A stretch of 64,000 nucleotides of DNA from Oculina patagonica (lineage: Eukaryota). A model generated the notes under the pieces. That model ran no database searches, was not told where the DNA came from, and worked only from the letters and a program-made list of their open reading frames with translations. Shown here one piece after another: positions 23,738 through 35,939 of this stretch (position 1 is the first letter of the stretch; each line of letters starts with the position of its first letter). A program made the position numbers and the translations under genes. The stretch lies in assembly GCF_052425735.1 (NCBI RefSeq), contig NC_135762.1, positions 26,350,001-26,414,000 of the forward strand, read 5' to 3'.

Positions 23738-26700
23738 CAGATTGTGAAACGGCAGTGGAATCGAACACACCTTTCTGGTGTTTACGATTTCGAGAACTGC
23801 CGACTTAAACATGAATAAAACATAATATATAATCACTTTATGGTCTTTTATTTATTTCAGGAGCCAACCAGGCAGATCGAACCCTCTGACCTCGCGTGAA
23901 AGCGGAAGTTGTGCCGATATGACAAACATTCGGTGTTGCATCGATTGCTAGTGTATGCGATGTGGTACGCTGGATAAAATAATTTCGGATACTCCGTTCA
24001 TGGACTTGAACATTTCAAAAATACCTCATTGGAAATATGGTCATGTTTTTCTACACAGCATATTTTGTACCAGAGGATACGGGGGACGTAGACTGGTGGG
24101 TATTAAATTCGTGAATTTATAACCGACTTGTGGGTGCCTTGCGTGACACCCATGTCACGGTCTCGGACGGGGAAGCCAGTGGTGTTCAAATAACGCGCGT
24201 TCTTTTCTTTACTCTGAAAGAACAATTTTTCTGAAGTCCTTTTACTCGTTTGATCGCGCAAGAGCGAAAAACACGGTTCCACTTCAGGATTTCGGAAAAG
24301 AAAAACGTTGATAATCAATCTTTAGTCTTTTTCCCTTTAATGCTACTTGTTACTCGCTGCCCATTGTTACTCGTTATTTGCTTGTCGACACGCCCTACAG
24401 GCTCGTCAAAATACTGGGGAAGGGGAAGGATATAAGATATATTTCCTCCTCATCACGGTAGACTATGCAGGGTCCCTGCACAGGCAGACAATCTGTGTTT
24501 GGGGCCGCGTGACGTAAGCGTCACGGTACGCGCTATTTGATCTCTATTTGATTTCCCACTACGTGGGCCAGTTGCATGGTCAAATGCCCCACCAGTCGGG
24601 GGTGAAATGTCATTGTGAGTCGGTTTTCTCGTTGAATTGCAGTCGTTTTGCCTACGAGTACGAGCGGATTCGCTAACGACCAGTTACCTTATCGTTAACA
24701 CTTGGTCTAAACGGACACTCCGGCCCTATTTATCAGCCAATTTTAATAGGAAAAGATAGATACGTTGAAACTAGGTACATTACATTAACGTAACCAAATA
24801 CTAACTTCAAGCGCTTGAGCTCGCCCCGGGGGGGGGGGGCACTCAAAAAAGTTTTATACGGGGAGGCTCCGCCCCAAGCTCTTACCCCTTACCCTTTTAT
24901 ATACCATTTTGACAGAAATTGTACCCCTTTCCTATACCTTTTACTGAAAAAAGGTACCCCTTTCATATACCTAAAAGACATGACATAGCCTTAGAACAGG
25001 ACGTTTTCTTGTCATTTTTATGTAGCGCTTAATAAATTAAAATAATACAGCCATAAAGTGCGTCTGTTCGAAATATTTTAATTACAGGCCTTTTAAAAAA
25101 CCTAAATGACGGATTTTTATACCCTTTCATATACCTAAACTTGTGAAATCGCTACCCTTTTATATACCTGAAGCCTGAAAAAGGTACCCCTTTTGTGCGG
25201 AGCCTCCCCGTATAGGCCGTTATATGGAGTACCCCCCCCCCCCCCGGGGAGCTCGCTAGCGCTTTAAATAGTTTATAACACATTTTGTGACAACGATCAT
25301 TCGGTCAAATGCCCGACCATCCGGGCTTCTGTTCGATCAAATTCCCCACTATCTGGGCTTTAGTAGCGGTCAAATGCCCGGGGGTTGCCCGGGGGGGATG
25401 ATCTCGCTTGGAATTGACTGATAAGGAACGTAAATAGTATGTAAACAATACCAGGCAGAGAAATTTTTTTTAGGGATTTATTAGCAATATTTTTTGCACT
25501 AAGCATGTTCAGTAACGAAGTCGGATCAAGATTTAGGATGGTCTTTAGTACATTTTATCTCCTCGACGAATTTTTTAATTTCTGACATGAGTATCGACGA
25601 GTAACTATTTTTCCCATTTTATAATCTCACAATGGTGAAAGTTAGAAACAAGAAACTTCAAGCAGTTAAGAACCGTGGGGTTAATGCTTGACCACCTCTT
25701 TCAGTTCTTTGGCTAGAAAGGTGACAGAGCCGCACAGTAAAAAATCTTTAGAAAAGCAGTCACTTGAGGAACACACAAATCGTGTTTGCGTGAGTTACGG
25801 AGTGTGCTAGTCCAGTCCCTGAACTCTCCCTACCCCCGCCCTACATAGGGGGCTGAACCCAGGCGCGCGAAGAGAGAGTTCAGGATAACTTGCATCAAAT
25901 CTTGCGTGACCGTCACCAAGGAGCCGGCTGGGCCGCGTGGGTCTGCCACGATTTACCGACAAAACGACAAAAGAAAAAACGCGGTCCAGATTATGAACCG
26001 GCTTCTCACGGTTAAAAAGTCAATGTGGGAAGATTTTCGCGCGATCGTTCTTAATGATTCTGGAGTTAGTGTTAAAGCACGTGCAAACTCACGCCGAAAC
26101 CAATTGTGACTAAGCTTGTGTAGTGCTCCTCTCGTGGAGTGGGTTTAGCATAGCGACTCGAAAGTTACTCGTTTGCGGGTTGTAGAGAGAAACTGGGTGT
26201 CAGCCGGGAGGGGAAAAACAAGTACACGAGAAAATCGGCATGACGGAAGACTACAAGAACTGACCGACTTTCATCGCGCTAAATTTACCCGGTTTACTTT
26301 GTCTCGTCCCAACTAGTTATATAGCTTGCGCGGTGATATAGACTGAAGAGGTATAAGGGAAATTCCTCGGAACTACTGGGCGAAATAATTTTTGGAATAA
26401 CCATTTTCGCCTCAGGGAAACAGATTTTAGCATCCTCAGAACCAGAGAATAAAGCGAGTCTCTTCGGAAAAGTAATGGTAAAGGTCAAGTCTGCGTACGA
26501 GCCTAGTGGCCAAACGGGCCAGAGCTTATCCCGGTTTCAGTAGCATGAAGCCACTAGGAGTATTTCCAGCCTAGTCCCTAGGCGTTCTCTCTTGTCGTGA
26601 AATCCGCGCGAAGTCTCTCCCGGTGACGTCATGGCTCACAATGGGGTCCAGGTTTGACCGAGCCAAGAACGCCAAGGGACTAGCCTGGAGTATTTCTACT

Positions 26701-27614
26701 CCCCTTCTCGATGGAATGCAAAAGCCATTGCAGGGTAACCTCCCCCCCCCCCCCCAGAATTAAATTTGCCGGTACCCAATTATACACCCTGGGTAGAGAG
26801 AGGCACTATGAGAGTAAAGGTGTCTTGCCCAAAACCACAACACAGTTACCCCGGCCAGGGCTTGAACCCGTAGCGCTCAAACCGGAGTCCAGAGCACTAT
26901 TTAGGCCACACGAAAAAAAAAAAATAAAGAGTAAAAATAAGATAAAGGCTTCTTTCGAAAAGTGACATCACAACAAAATACAAAAGTGAGCTGAATGTTT
27001 TTCAGTGAACCATTTAATACATAAAATTCTGTTGTTTTCGTTTTTCTTCTTTTCAAGTTCCGTGTCATAGCACGGTCAGTAATGTGTTGACCAAGTAAGA
27101 TGTTCTACACCTCATCTAAAACTCAAAAGCTCAACAAGCGACGAAAGAACGTCATTAATTTTACTCTTAATATTTACAAATTTCTTTGAACTCTATATAA
27201 CATTTTACCTCTTTAACTTATCAGAAACCTACGAATTTTCCTTCCTGGCCAACCAAACAACAAAAGAAAAATAAAACAGCACAAACAATAGTTAGGACTG
27301 GGAATCACAAACAAAAAACAATGGAACTGGGAAAAGGAATTGGGTAAATCAGGAAATGGAAATTAATACCCCCCTTCAGGATCCTCATAGAAAAACCCTT
27401 TGATCAAAAAAGTCTGCTTCCAAATATATTTGTGCTCAGCTGCTCAGATCATCTTGCAGCGGTATATATATATATATTGGGAAATTCTAAGTAGGAAATT
27501 CATTATCTTGGTCACAGAAGTTTCTAATGTCATACACTGACTCACCCGATGAAAACGTGTTCAGTTACTTTTTGCGTTAAAAGTTCGATAAGGTTCTTTT
27601 TTACATTATGTCAC

Positions 27615-29825
27615 TTATTTAAGGACATATATTTTTTTCGCTTTGTAATCTGTAACCAAAATGCGACCATCCGGTGTTGTAGCTATGTATGCTGGGTCTT
27701 TTAGTCCAGCAACACTTTTGCCAGTAAAACAACCATCCACTGTAAACTGCTGAATGCGACTATTGTCTCTGTCACATACAAGAAGATTGTAACGATCGTT
27801 ATGTTTATAAACACACAAACCCCAAGGATAGGCGAACTGTCCGTTGGCCTTGCCTTTTTCTCCAATCTTGTACAAAAACTTCCCTGAACTGTCAAATACT
27901 TTCAAACAATGGTTCCTACAGTCAGGTACAATGAACATATTTTTGTGATAAACGCATGCAATGGGTTGGTTGAGCTTTTCTAAGCCGCTATCTCCAAATT
28001 TAAACACAGATTTACCATCTTTTGTTAAGACCTGGATTCTGTTGTTGTTAAAGTCGGCTACAACGACATGTCCTTCACCATCAATGCAGACACTTTCTGG
28101 ATTCTGAAGCTTGCCCTCTCCTGTCCCGTACGTTCCAAAACTATTCACAAAGTCCCCTGTCTGTACATTAAACTGCTGAATGCGGTGATTTAAGTCGTCT
28201 GCCACCAAAGTCTCGTCATCATTCAGGAATGTGACGCCAGCTGGTTTGTTCAACTGTCCAGGATTATTTCCATAGCAGCCAAGTTTTCGCATAAACGTCC
28301 CTTCATTGTTAAATGTTAGGATACAGTGTGTTTTATAGTCACATACAGCGATCAGTCCTTTACTGTTAACAGCAATTCCACGTGGCTGATGAATAATTCC
28401 TCCTTGTAAATGTAACTCACCCACAATATCAAGGGGTTGTTCCATTACTTGGACAGTGAAAGGACTCTTAGCAAGTTCGTCGTCATTTATCTTCACTGTG
28501 ATGTTGTGGCTGCCTGGTACTTTTGGTATGAATTTCACCAGGAAATTTCCATCTTCTTTTTCATTAATAATCAAACTTTCTTCTTGTTCAGCGGGTTCCA
28601 CGAGCACTTCAACGTTAAATTTACTTTGAGCTTCACTCGTCAGTTCTTCTTTAGATGTGTTAGGACAGACCACAAACTCTGCTTCTAAACCAGCTTGGAA
28701 ATTTTCAGTTAGTCCTTCTACTTTAGACAGACGTACATCTGTTTCGCTGGTTGCCATGTAACCCAGGCTTAAACTCTCGGGTGCAATAGTCGAGATAAAC
28801 TTCAAGAATGAACTAACCGGAAGTGCTGGGACTGGGGTCTTGTTAAGATCTTCGAATCGCTGTTTCAAATTCTCCTTGCTTCGCATAATATCTAGGCTTG
28901 AGCTTCCTTGAACCAGGCTAATAGCAAACTCAACTGCTTGGTTGATTCGCTTGGTCGAAGACTGCACTTGTTTCTTGACACAGCCTAATTTCTCCATTCT
29001 CGATCCGCGTGTTTTTTTGAGGGCGGTAATGGCCTCTTGCTCGAGTTCTTGAATCTTAGCTATCACTTGTTCTTTTGCTTGGATAACTTCGCGTATAGCG
29101 GCGGTTACATTAGCTTCTAGCTTAGAAGCCGTTTCTTCAAGTTGACGCATCACATCACTGTGAACTTTTATCTTTTCTTTCATCAATTCGACGCCCGCCT
29201 TGATGTTGGCTTTCTCGCGATCAGCTGCTTTTTCAAGTTGATCAAAATTATGATTCTTATGATCAGTGTTTATGCAAATTTGACAAACACAAGTTTGGCA
29301 TTCAACACAGAAAAACCCGGTTACCTCTTTTTCGTGGTACTGCTGAGAGCAAAAGGATTGTCGCTTTAAGAAGGCCTCGTAGTCTTGGGCTTGAAACTGT
29401 TTTACTGGCATGACTTTGTGTCCTTCAAACGCAGCGACTCTGAACACTTCATGTGCGTTTAAACAGTCAAGACACAACAATTTTTCACAATCAAAGCAGT
29501 AGCTGATCTCAGCGTCCTTTCTCTTACAAATACCGCAACTGATTTCGCTTCCACTGCCACTTTGTTGCACAGCAAGAAGACTCAACAAACTGTTGTGCAG
29601 AAAACTGGTCGGAAAATCATCAAAACGATTTCCTTCAGGGATGCCAACTTCTTCCTGACACTGAGGGCAACGAAATTTGCCTTGTCTTTGGCTGGTTAAT
29701 GCGTATTTCTCCAAGCACTCACAACAGAAGGTATGAAGACAAGTTATTGTCTTGGGTTTGGTGTAAGTATCCAAACAGATCGAACAAGTAACTTGTTTTT
29801 TGAGGTTATTCAAGAGAGACTCCAT
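27615..29825 (-). CDS. TRIM-NHL E3 ligase, copy 3
   Basis: Intact ORF, same domain architecture. Confidence 0.92.
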   Translation of the reverse strand: MESLLNNLKKQVTCSICLDTYTKPKTITCLHTFCCECLEKYALTSQRQGKFRCPQCQEEVGIPEGNRFDDFPTSFLHNSLLSLLAVQQSGSGSEISCGICKRKDAEISYCFDCEKLLCLDCLNAHEVFRVAAFEGHKVMPVKQFQAQDYEAFLKRQSFCSQQYHEKEVTGFFCVECQTCVCQICINTDHKNHNFDQLEKAADREKANIKAGVELMKEKIKVHSDVMRQLEETASKLEANVTAAIREVIQAKEQVIAKIQELEQEAITALKKTRGSRMEKLGCVKKQVQSSTKRINQAVEFAISLVQGSSSLDIMRSKENLKQRFEDLNKTPVPALPVSSFLKFISTIAPESLSLGYMATSETDVRLSKVEGLTENFQAGLEAEFVVCPNTSKEELTSEAQSKFNVEVLVEPAEQEESLIINEKEDGNFLVKFIPKVPGSHNITVKINDDELAKSPFTVQVMEQPLDIVGELHLQGGIIHQPRGIAVNSKGLIAVCDYKTHCILTFNNEGTFMRKLGCYGNNPGQLNKPAGVTFLNDDETLVADDLNHRIQQFNVQTGDFVNSFGTYGTGEGKLQNPESVCIDGEGHVVVADFNNNRIQVLTKDGKSVFKFGDSGLEKLNQPIACVYHKNMFIVPDCRNHCLKVFDSSGKFLYKIGEKGKANGQFAYPWGLCVYKHNDRYNLLVCDRDNSRIQQFTVDGCFTGKSVAGLKDPAYIATTPDGRILVTDYKAKKIYVLK

Positions 29826-32800
29826 CAGATTGTGAAACGGCAGTGGAATCGAACACACCTTTCTGGTGTTTACGATTTCGAGAACTGCCGACTTAAACAT
29901 GAATAAAACATAATATATAATCACTTTATGGTCTTTTATTTATTTCAGGAGCCAACCAGGCAGATCGAACCCTCTGACCTCGCGTGAAAGCGGAAGTTGT
30001 GCCGATATGACAAACATTCGGTGTTGCATCGATTGCTAGTGTATGCGATGTGGTACGCTGGATAAAATAATTTCGGATACTCCGTTCATGGACTTGAACA
30101 TTTCAAAAATACCTCATTGGAAATATGGTCATGTTTTTCTACACAGCATATTTTGTACCAGAGGATACGGGGGACGTAGACTTGTGGGTATTAAATTCGT
30201 GTCCAATATACACCAATAGGACATGAATTTATAACCGACTTGTGGGTGCCTTGCGTGACACCCATGTCACGGTCTCGGACGGGGAAGCCAGTGGTGTTCA
30301 AATAACGCGCGTTCTTTTCTTTACTCTGAAAGAACAATTTTTCTGAAGTCCTTTTACTCGTTTGATCGCGCAAGAGCGAAAAACACGGTTCCACTTCAGG
30401 ATTTCGGAAAAGAAAAACGTTGATAATCAATCTTTAGTCTTTTTCCCTTTAATGCTACTTGTTACTCGCTGCCCATTGTTACTCGTTATTTGCTTGTCGA
30501 CACGCCCTACAGGCTCGTCAAAATACTGGGGAAGGGGAAGGATATAAGATATATTTCCTCCTCATCACGGTAGACTATGCAGGGTCCCTGCACAGGCAGA
30601 CAATCTGTGTTTGGGGCCGCGTGACGTAAGCGTCACGGTACGCGCTATTTGATCTCTATTTGATTTCCCACTACGTGGGCCAGTTGCATGGTCAAATGCC
30701 CCACCAGTCGGGGGTGAAATGTCATTGTGAGTCGGTTTTCTCGTTGAATTGCAGTCGTTTTGCCTACGAGTACGAGCGGATTCGCTAACGACCAGTTACC
30801 TTATCGTTAACACTTGGTCTAAACGGACACTCCGGCCCTATTTATCAGCCAATTTTAATAGGAAAAGATAGATACGTTGAAACTAGGTACATTACATTAA
30901 CGTAACCAAATACTAACTTCAAGCGCTTGAGCTCGCCCCGGGGGGGGGGGGGCACTCAAAAAAGTTTTATACGGGGAAGCTCCGCCCCAAGCTCTTACCC
31001 CTTACCCTTTTATATACCATTTTGACAGAAATTGTACCCCTTTCCTATACCTTTTACTGAAAAAAGGTACCCCTTTCATATACCTAAAAGACATGACATA
31101 GCCTTAGAACAGGACGTTTTCTTGTCATTTTTATGTAGCGCTTAATAAATTAAAATAATACAGCCATAAAGTGCGTCTGTTCGAAATATTTTAATTACAG
31201 GCCTTTTAAAAAACCTAAATGACGGATTTTTATACCCTTTCATATACCTAAACTTGTGAAATCGCTACCCTTTTATATACCTGAAGCCTGAAAAAGGTAC
31301 CCCTTTTGTGCGGAGCCTCCCCGTATAGGCCGTTATATGGAGTACCCCCCCCCCCCCCGGGGAGCTCGCTAGCGCTTTAAATAGTTTATAACACATTTTG
31401 TGACAACGATCATTCGGTCAAATGCCCGACCATCCGGGCTTCTGTTCGATCAAATTCCCCACTATCTGGGCTTTAGTAGCGGTCAAATGCCCGGGGGTTG
31501 CCCGGGGGGGATGATCTCGCTTGGAATTGACTGATAAGGAACGTAAATAGTATGTAAACAATACCAGGCAGAGAAATTTTTTTTAGGGATTTATTAGCAA
31601 TATTTTTTGCACTAAGCATGTTCAGTAACGAAATCGGATCAAGATTTAGGATGGTCTTTAGTACATTTTATCTCCTCGACGAATTTTTTAATTTCTGACA
31701 TGAGTATCGACGAGTAACTATTTTTCCCATTTTATAATCTCACAATGGTGAAAGTTAGAAACAAGAAACTTCAAGCAGTTAAGAACCGTGGGGTTAATGC
31801 TTGACCACCTCTTTCAGTTCTTTGGCTAGAAAGGTGACAGAGCCGCACAGTAAAAAATCTTTAGAAAAGCAGTCACTTGAGGAACACACAAATCGTGTTT
31901 GCGTGAGTTACGGAGTGTGCTAGTCCAGTCCCTGAACTCTCCCTACCCCCGCCCTACATAGGGGGCTGAACCCAGGCGCGCGAAGAGAGAGTTCAGGATA
32001 ACTTGCATCAAATCTTGCGTGACCGTCACCAAGGAGCCGGCTGGGCCGCGTGGGTCTGCCACGATTTACCGACAAAACGACAAAAGAAAAAACGCGGTCC
32101 AGATTATGAACCGGCTTCTCACGGTTAAAAAGTCAATGTGGGAAGATTTTCGCGCGATCGTTCTTAATGATTCTGGAGTTAGTGTTAAAGCACGTGCAAA
32201 CTCACGCCGAAACCAATTGTGACTAAGCTTGTGTAGTGCTCCTCTCGTGGAGTGGGTTTAGCATAGCGACTCGAAAGTTACTCGTTTGCGGGTTGTAGAG
32301 AGAAACTGGGTGTCAGCCGGGAGGGGAAAAACAAGTACACGAGAAAATCGGCATGACGGAAGACTACAAGAACTGACCGACTTTCATCGCGCTAAATTTA
32401 CCCGGTTTACTTTGTCTCGTCCCAACTAGTTATATAGCTTGCGCGGTGATATAGACTGAAGAGGTATAAGGGAAATTCCTCGGAACTACTGGGCGAAATA
32501 ATTTTTGGAATAACCATTTTCGCCTCAGGGAAACAGATTTTAGCATCCTCAGAACCAGAGAATAAAGCGAGTCTCTTCGGAAAAGTAATGGTAAAGGTCA
32601 AGTCTGCGTACGAGCCTAGTGGCCAAACGGGCCAGAGCTTATCCCGGTTTCAGTAGCATGAAGCCACTAGGAGCATTTCCAGCCTAGTCCCTAGGCGTTC
32701 TCTCTTGTCGTGAAATCCGCGCGAAGTCTCTCCCGGTGACGTCATGGCTCACAATGGGGTCCAGGTTTGACCGAGCCAAGAACGCCAAGGGACTAGCCTG

Positions 32801-33728
32801 GAGTATTTCTACTCCCCTTCTCGATGGAATGCAAAAGCCATTGCAGGGTAACCTCCCCCCCCCCCCCAGAATTAAATTTGCCGGTACCCAATTATACACC
32901 CTGGGTAGAGAGAGGCACTATGAGAGTAAAGGTGTCTTGCCCAAAACCACAACACAGTTACCCCGGCCAGGGCTTGAACCCGTAGCGCTCAAACCGGAGT
33001 CCAGAGCACTATTTAGGCCACACGAAAAAAAAAAAAAATAAAGAGTAAAAATAAGATAAAGGCTTCTTTCGAAAAGTGACATCACAACAAAATACAAAAG
33101 TGAGCTGAATGTTTTTCAGTGAACCATTTAATACATAAAATTCTGTTGTTTTCGTTTTTCTTCTTTTCAAGTTCCGTGTCATAGCACGGTCAGTAATGTG
33201 TTGACCAAGTAAGATGTTCTACACTTCATCTAAAACTCAAAAGCTCAACAAGCGACGAAAGAACGTCATTAATTTTACTCTTAATATTTACAAATTTCTT
33301 TGAACGCTATATAACATTTCACCTCTTTAACTTATCAGAAACCTACGAATTTTCCTTCCTGGCCAACCAAACAACAAAAGAAAAATAAAACAGCACAAAC
33401 AATAGTTAGGACTGGGAATCACAAACAAAAAACAATGGAACTGGGAAAAGGAATTGGGTAAATCAGGAAATGGAAATTAATACCCCCCTTCAGGATCCTC
33501 ATAGAAAAACCCTTTGATCAAAAAAGTCTGCTTCCAAATATATTTGTGCTCAGCTGCTCAGATCATCTTGCAGCGGTATATATATATATATTGGGAAATT
33601 CTAAGTAGGAAATTCATTATCTTGGTCTCTGAAGTTTCTAATGTCATACACTGACTCACCCGATGAAAACGTGTTCAGTTACTTTTTGCGTTAAAAGTTC
33701 GATAAGGTTCTTTTTTACATTATGTCAC

Positions 33729-35939
33729 TTATTTAAGGACATATATTTTTTTCGCTTTGTAATCTGTAACCAAAATGCGACCATCCGGTGTTGTAGCTAT
33801 GTATGCTGGGTCTTTTAGTCCAGCAACACTTTTGCCAGTAAAACAACCATCCACTGTAAACTGCTGAATGCGACAATTGTCTCTGTCACATACAAGAAGA
33901 TTGTAACGATCGTTATGTTTATAAACACACAAACCCCAAGGATAGGCGAACTGTCCGTTGGCCTTGCCTTTTTCTCCAATCTTGTACAAAAACTTCCCTG
34001 AACTGTCAAATACTTTCAAACAATGGTTCCTACAGTCAGATACAATGAACATATTTTTGTGATAAACGCATGCAATGGGTTGGTTGAGCTTTTCTAAGCC
34101 GCTATCTCCAAATTTAAACACAGATTTACCATCTTTTGTTAAGACCTGGATTCTGTTGTTGTTAAAGTCGGCTACAACGACATGTCCTTCACCATCAATG
34201 CAGACACTTTCTGGATTCTGAAGCTTGCCCTCTCCTGTCCCGTACGTTCCAAAACTATTCACAAAGTCCCCTGTCTGTACATTAAACTGCTGAATGCGGT
34301 GATTTAAGTCGTCTGCCACCAAAGTCTCGTCATCATTCAGGAATGTGACGCCAGCTGGTTTGTTCAACTGTCCAGGATTATTTCCATAGCAGCCAAGTTT
34401 TCGCATAAACGTCCCTTCATTGTTAAATGTTAGGATACAGTGTGTTTTATAGTCACATACAGCGATCAGTCCTTTACTGTTAACAGCAATTCCACGTGGC
34501 TGATGAATAATTCCTCCTTGTAAATGTAACTCACCCACAATATCAAGGGGTTGTTCCATTACTTGGACAGTGAAAGGACTCTTAGCAAGTTCGTCGTCAT
34601 TTATCTTCACTGTGATGTTGTGGCTGCCTGGTACTTTTGGTATGAATTTCACCAGGAAATTTCCATCTTCTTTTTCATTAATAATCAAACTTTCTTCTTG
34701 TTCAGCGGGTTCCACGAGCACTTCAACGTTAAATTTACTTTGAGCTTCACTCGTCAGTTCTTCTTTAGATGTGTTAGGACAGACCACAAACTCTGCTTCT
34801 AAACCAGCTTGGAAATTTTCAGTTAGTCCTTCTACTTTAGACAGACGTAGATCTGTTTCGCTGGTTGCCATGTAACCCAGGCTTAAACTCTCGGGTGCAA
34901 TAGTCGAGATAAACTTCAAGAATGAACTAACCGGAAGTGCTGGGACTGGGGTCTTGTTAAGATCTTCGAATCGCTGTTTCAAATTCTCCTTGCTTTGCAT
35001 AATATCTAGGCTTGAGCTTCCTTGAACCAGGCTAATAGCAAACTCAACTGCTTGGTTGATTCGCTTGGTCGAAGACTGCACTTGTTTCTTGACACAGCCT
35101 AATTTCTCCATTCTCGATCCGCGTGTTTTTTTGAGGGCGGTAATGGCCTCTTGCTCGAGTTCTTGAATCTTAGCTATCACTTGTTCTTTTGCTTGGATAA
35201 CTTCGCGTATAGCGGCGGTTACATTAGCTTCTAGCTTAGAAGCCGTTTCTTCAAGTTGACGCATCACATCACTGTGAACTTTTATCTTTTCTTTCATCAA
35301 TTCGACGCCCGCCTTGATGTTGGCTTTCTCGCGATCAGCTGCTTTTTCAAGTTGATCAAAATTATGATTCTTATGATCAGTGTTTATGCAAATTTGACAA
35401 ACACAAGTTTGGCATTCAACACAGAAAAACCCGGTTACCTCTTTTTCGTGGTACTGCTGAGAGCAAAAGGATTGTCGCTTTAAGAAGGCCTCGTAGTCTT
35501 GGGCTTGAAACTGTTTTACTGGCATGACTTTGTGTCCTTCAAACGCAGCGACTCTGAACACTTCATGTGCGTTTAAACAGTCAAGACACAACAATTTTTC
35601 ACAATCAAAGCAGTAGCTGATCTCAGCGTCCTTTCTCTTACAAATACCGCAACTGATTTCGCTTCCACTGCCACTTTGTTGCACAGCAAGAAGACTCAAC
35701 AAACTGTTGTGCAGAAAACTGGTCGGAAAATCATCAAAACGATTTCCTTCAGGGATGCCAACTTCTTCCTGACACTGAGGGCAACGAAATTTGCCTTGTC
35801 TTTGGCTGGTTAATGCGTATTTCTCCAAGCACTCACAACAGAAGGTATGAAGACAAGTTATTGTCTTGGGTTTGGTGTAAGTATCCAAACAGATCGAACA
35901 AGTAACTTGTTTTTTGAGGTTATTCAAGAGAGACTCCAT
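33729..35939 (-). CDS. TRIM-NHL E3 ligase, copy 4
   Basis: Intact ORF, same domain architecture. Confidence 0.92.
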   Translation of the reverse strand: MESLLNNLKKQVTCSICLDTYTKPKTITCLHTFCCECLEKYALTSQRQGKFRCPQCQEEVGIPEGNRFDDFPTSFLHNSLLSLLAVQQSGSGSEISCGICKRKDAEISYCFDCEKLLCLDCLNAHEVFRVAAFEGHKVMPVKQFQAQDYEAFLKRQSFCSQQYHEKEVTGFFCVECQTCVCQICINTDHKNHNFDQLEKAADREKANIKAGVELMKEKIKVHSDVMRQLEETASKLEANVTAAIREVIQAKEQVIAKIQELEQEAITALKKTRGSRMEKLGCVKKQVQSSTKRINQAVEFAISLVQGSSSLDIMQSKENLKQRFEDLNKTPVPALPVSSFLKFISTIAPESLSLGYMATSETDLRLSKVEGLTENFQAGLEAEFVVCPNTSKEELTSEAQSKFNVEVLVEPAEQEESLIINEKEDGNFLVKFIPKVPGSHNITVKINDDELAKSPFTVQVMEQPLDIVGELHLQGGIIHQPRGIAVNSKGLIAVCDYKTHCILTFNNEGTFMRKLGCYGNNPGQLNKPAGVTFLNDDETLVADDLNHRIQQFNVQTGDFVNSFGTYGTGEGKLQNPESVCIDGEGHVVVADFNNNRIQVLTKDGKSVFKFGDSGLEKLNQPIACVYHKNMFIVSDCRNHCLKVFDSSGKFLYKIGEKGKANGQFAYPWGLCVYKHNDRYNLLVCDRDNCRIQQFTVDGCFTGKSVAGLKDPAYIATTPDGRILVTDYKAKKIYVLK

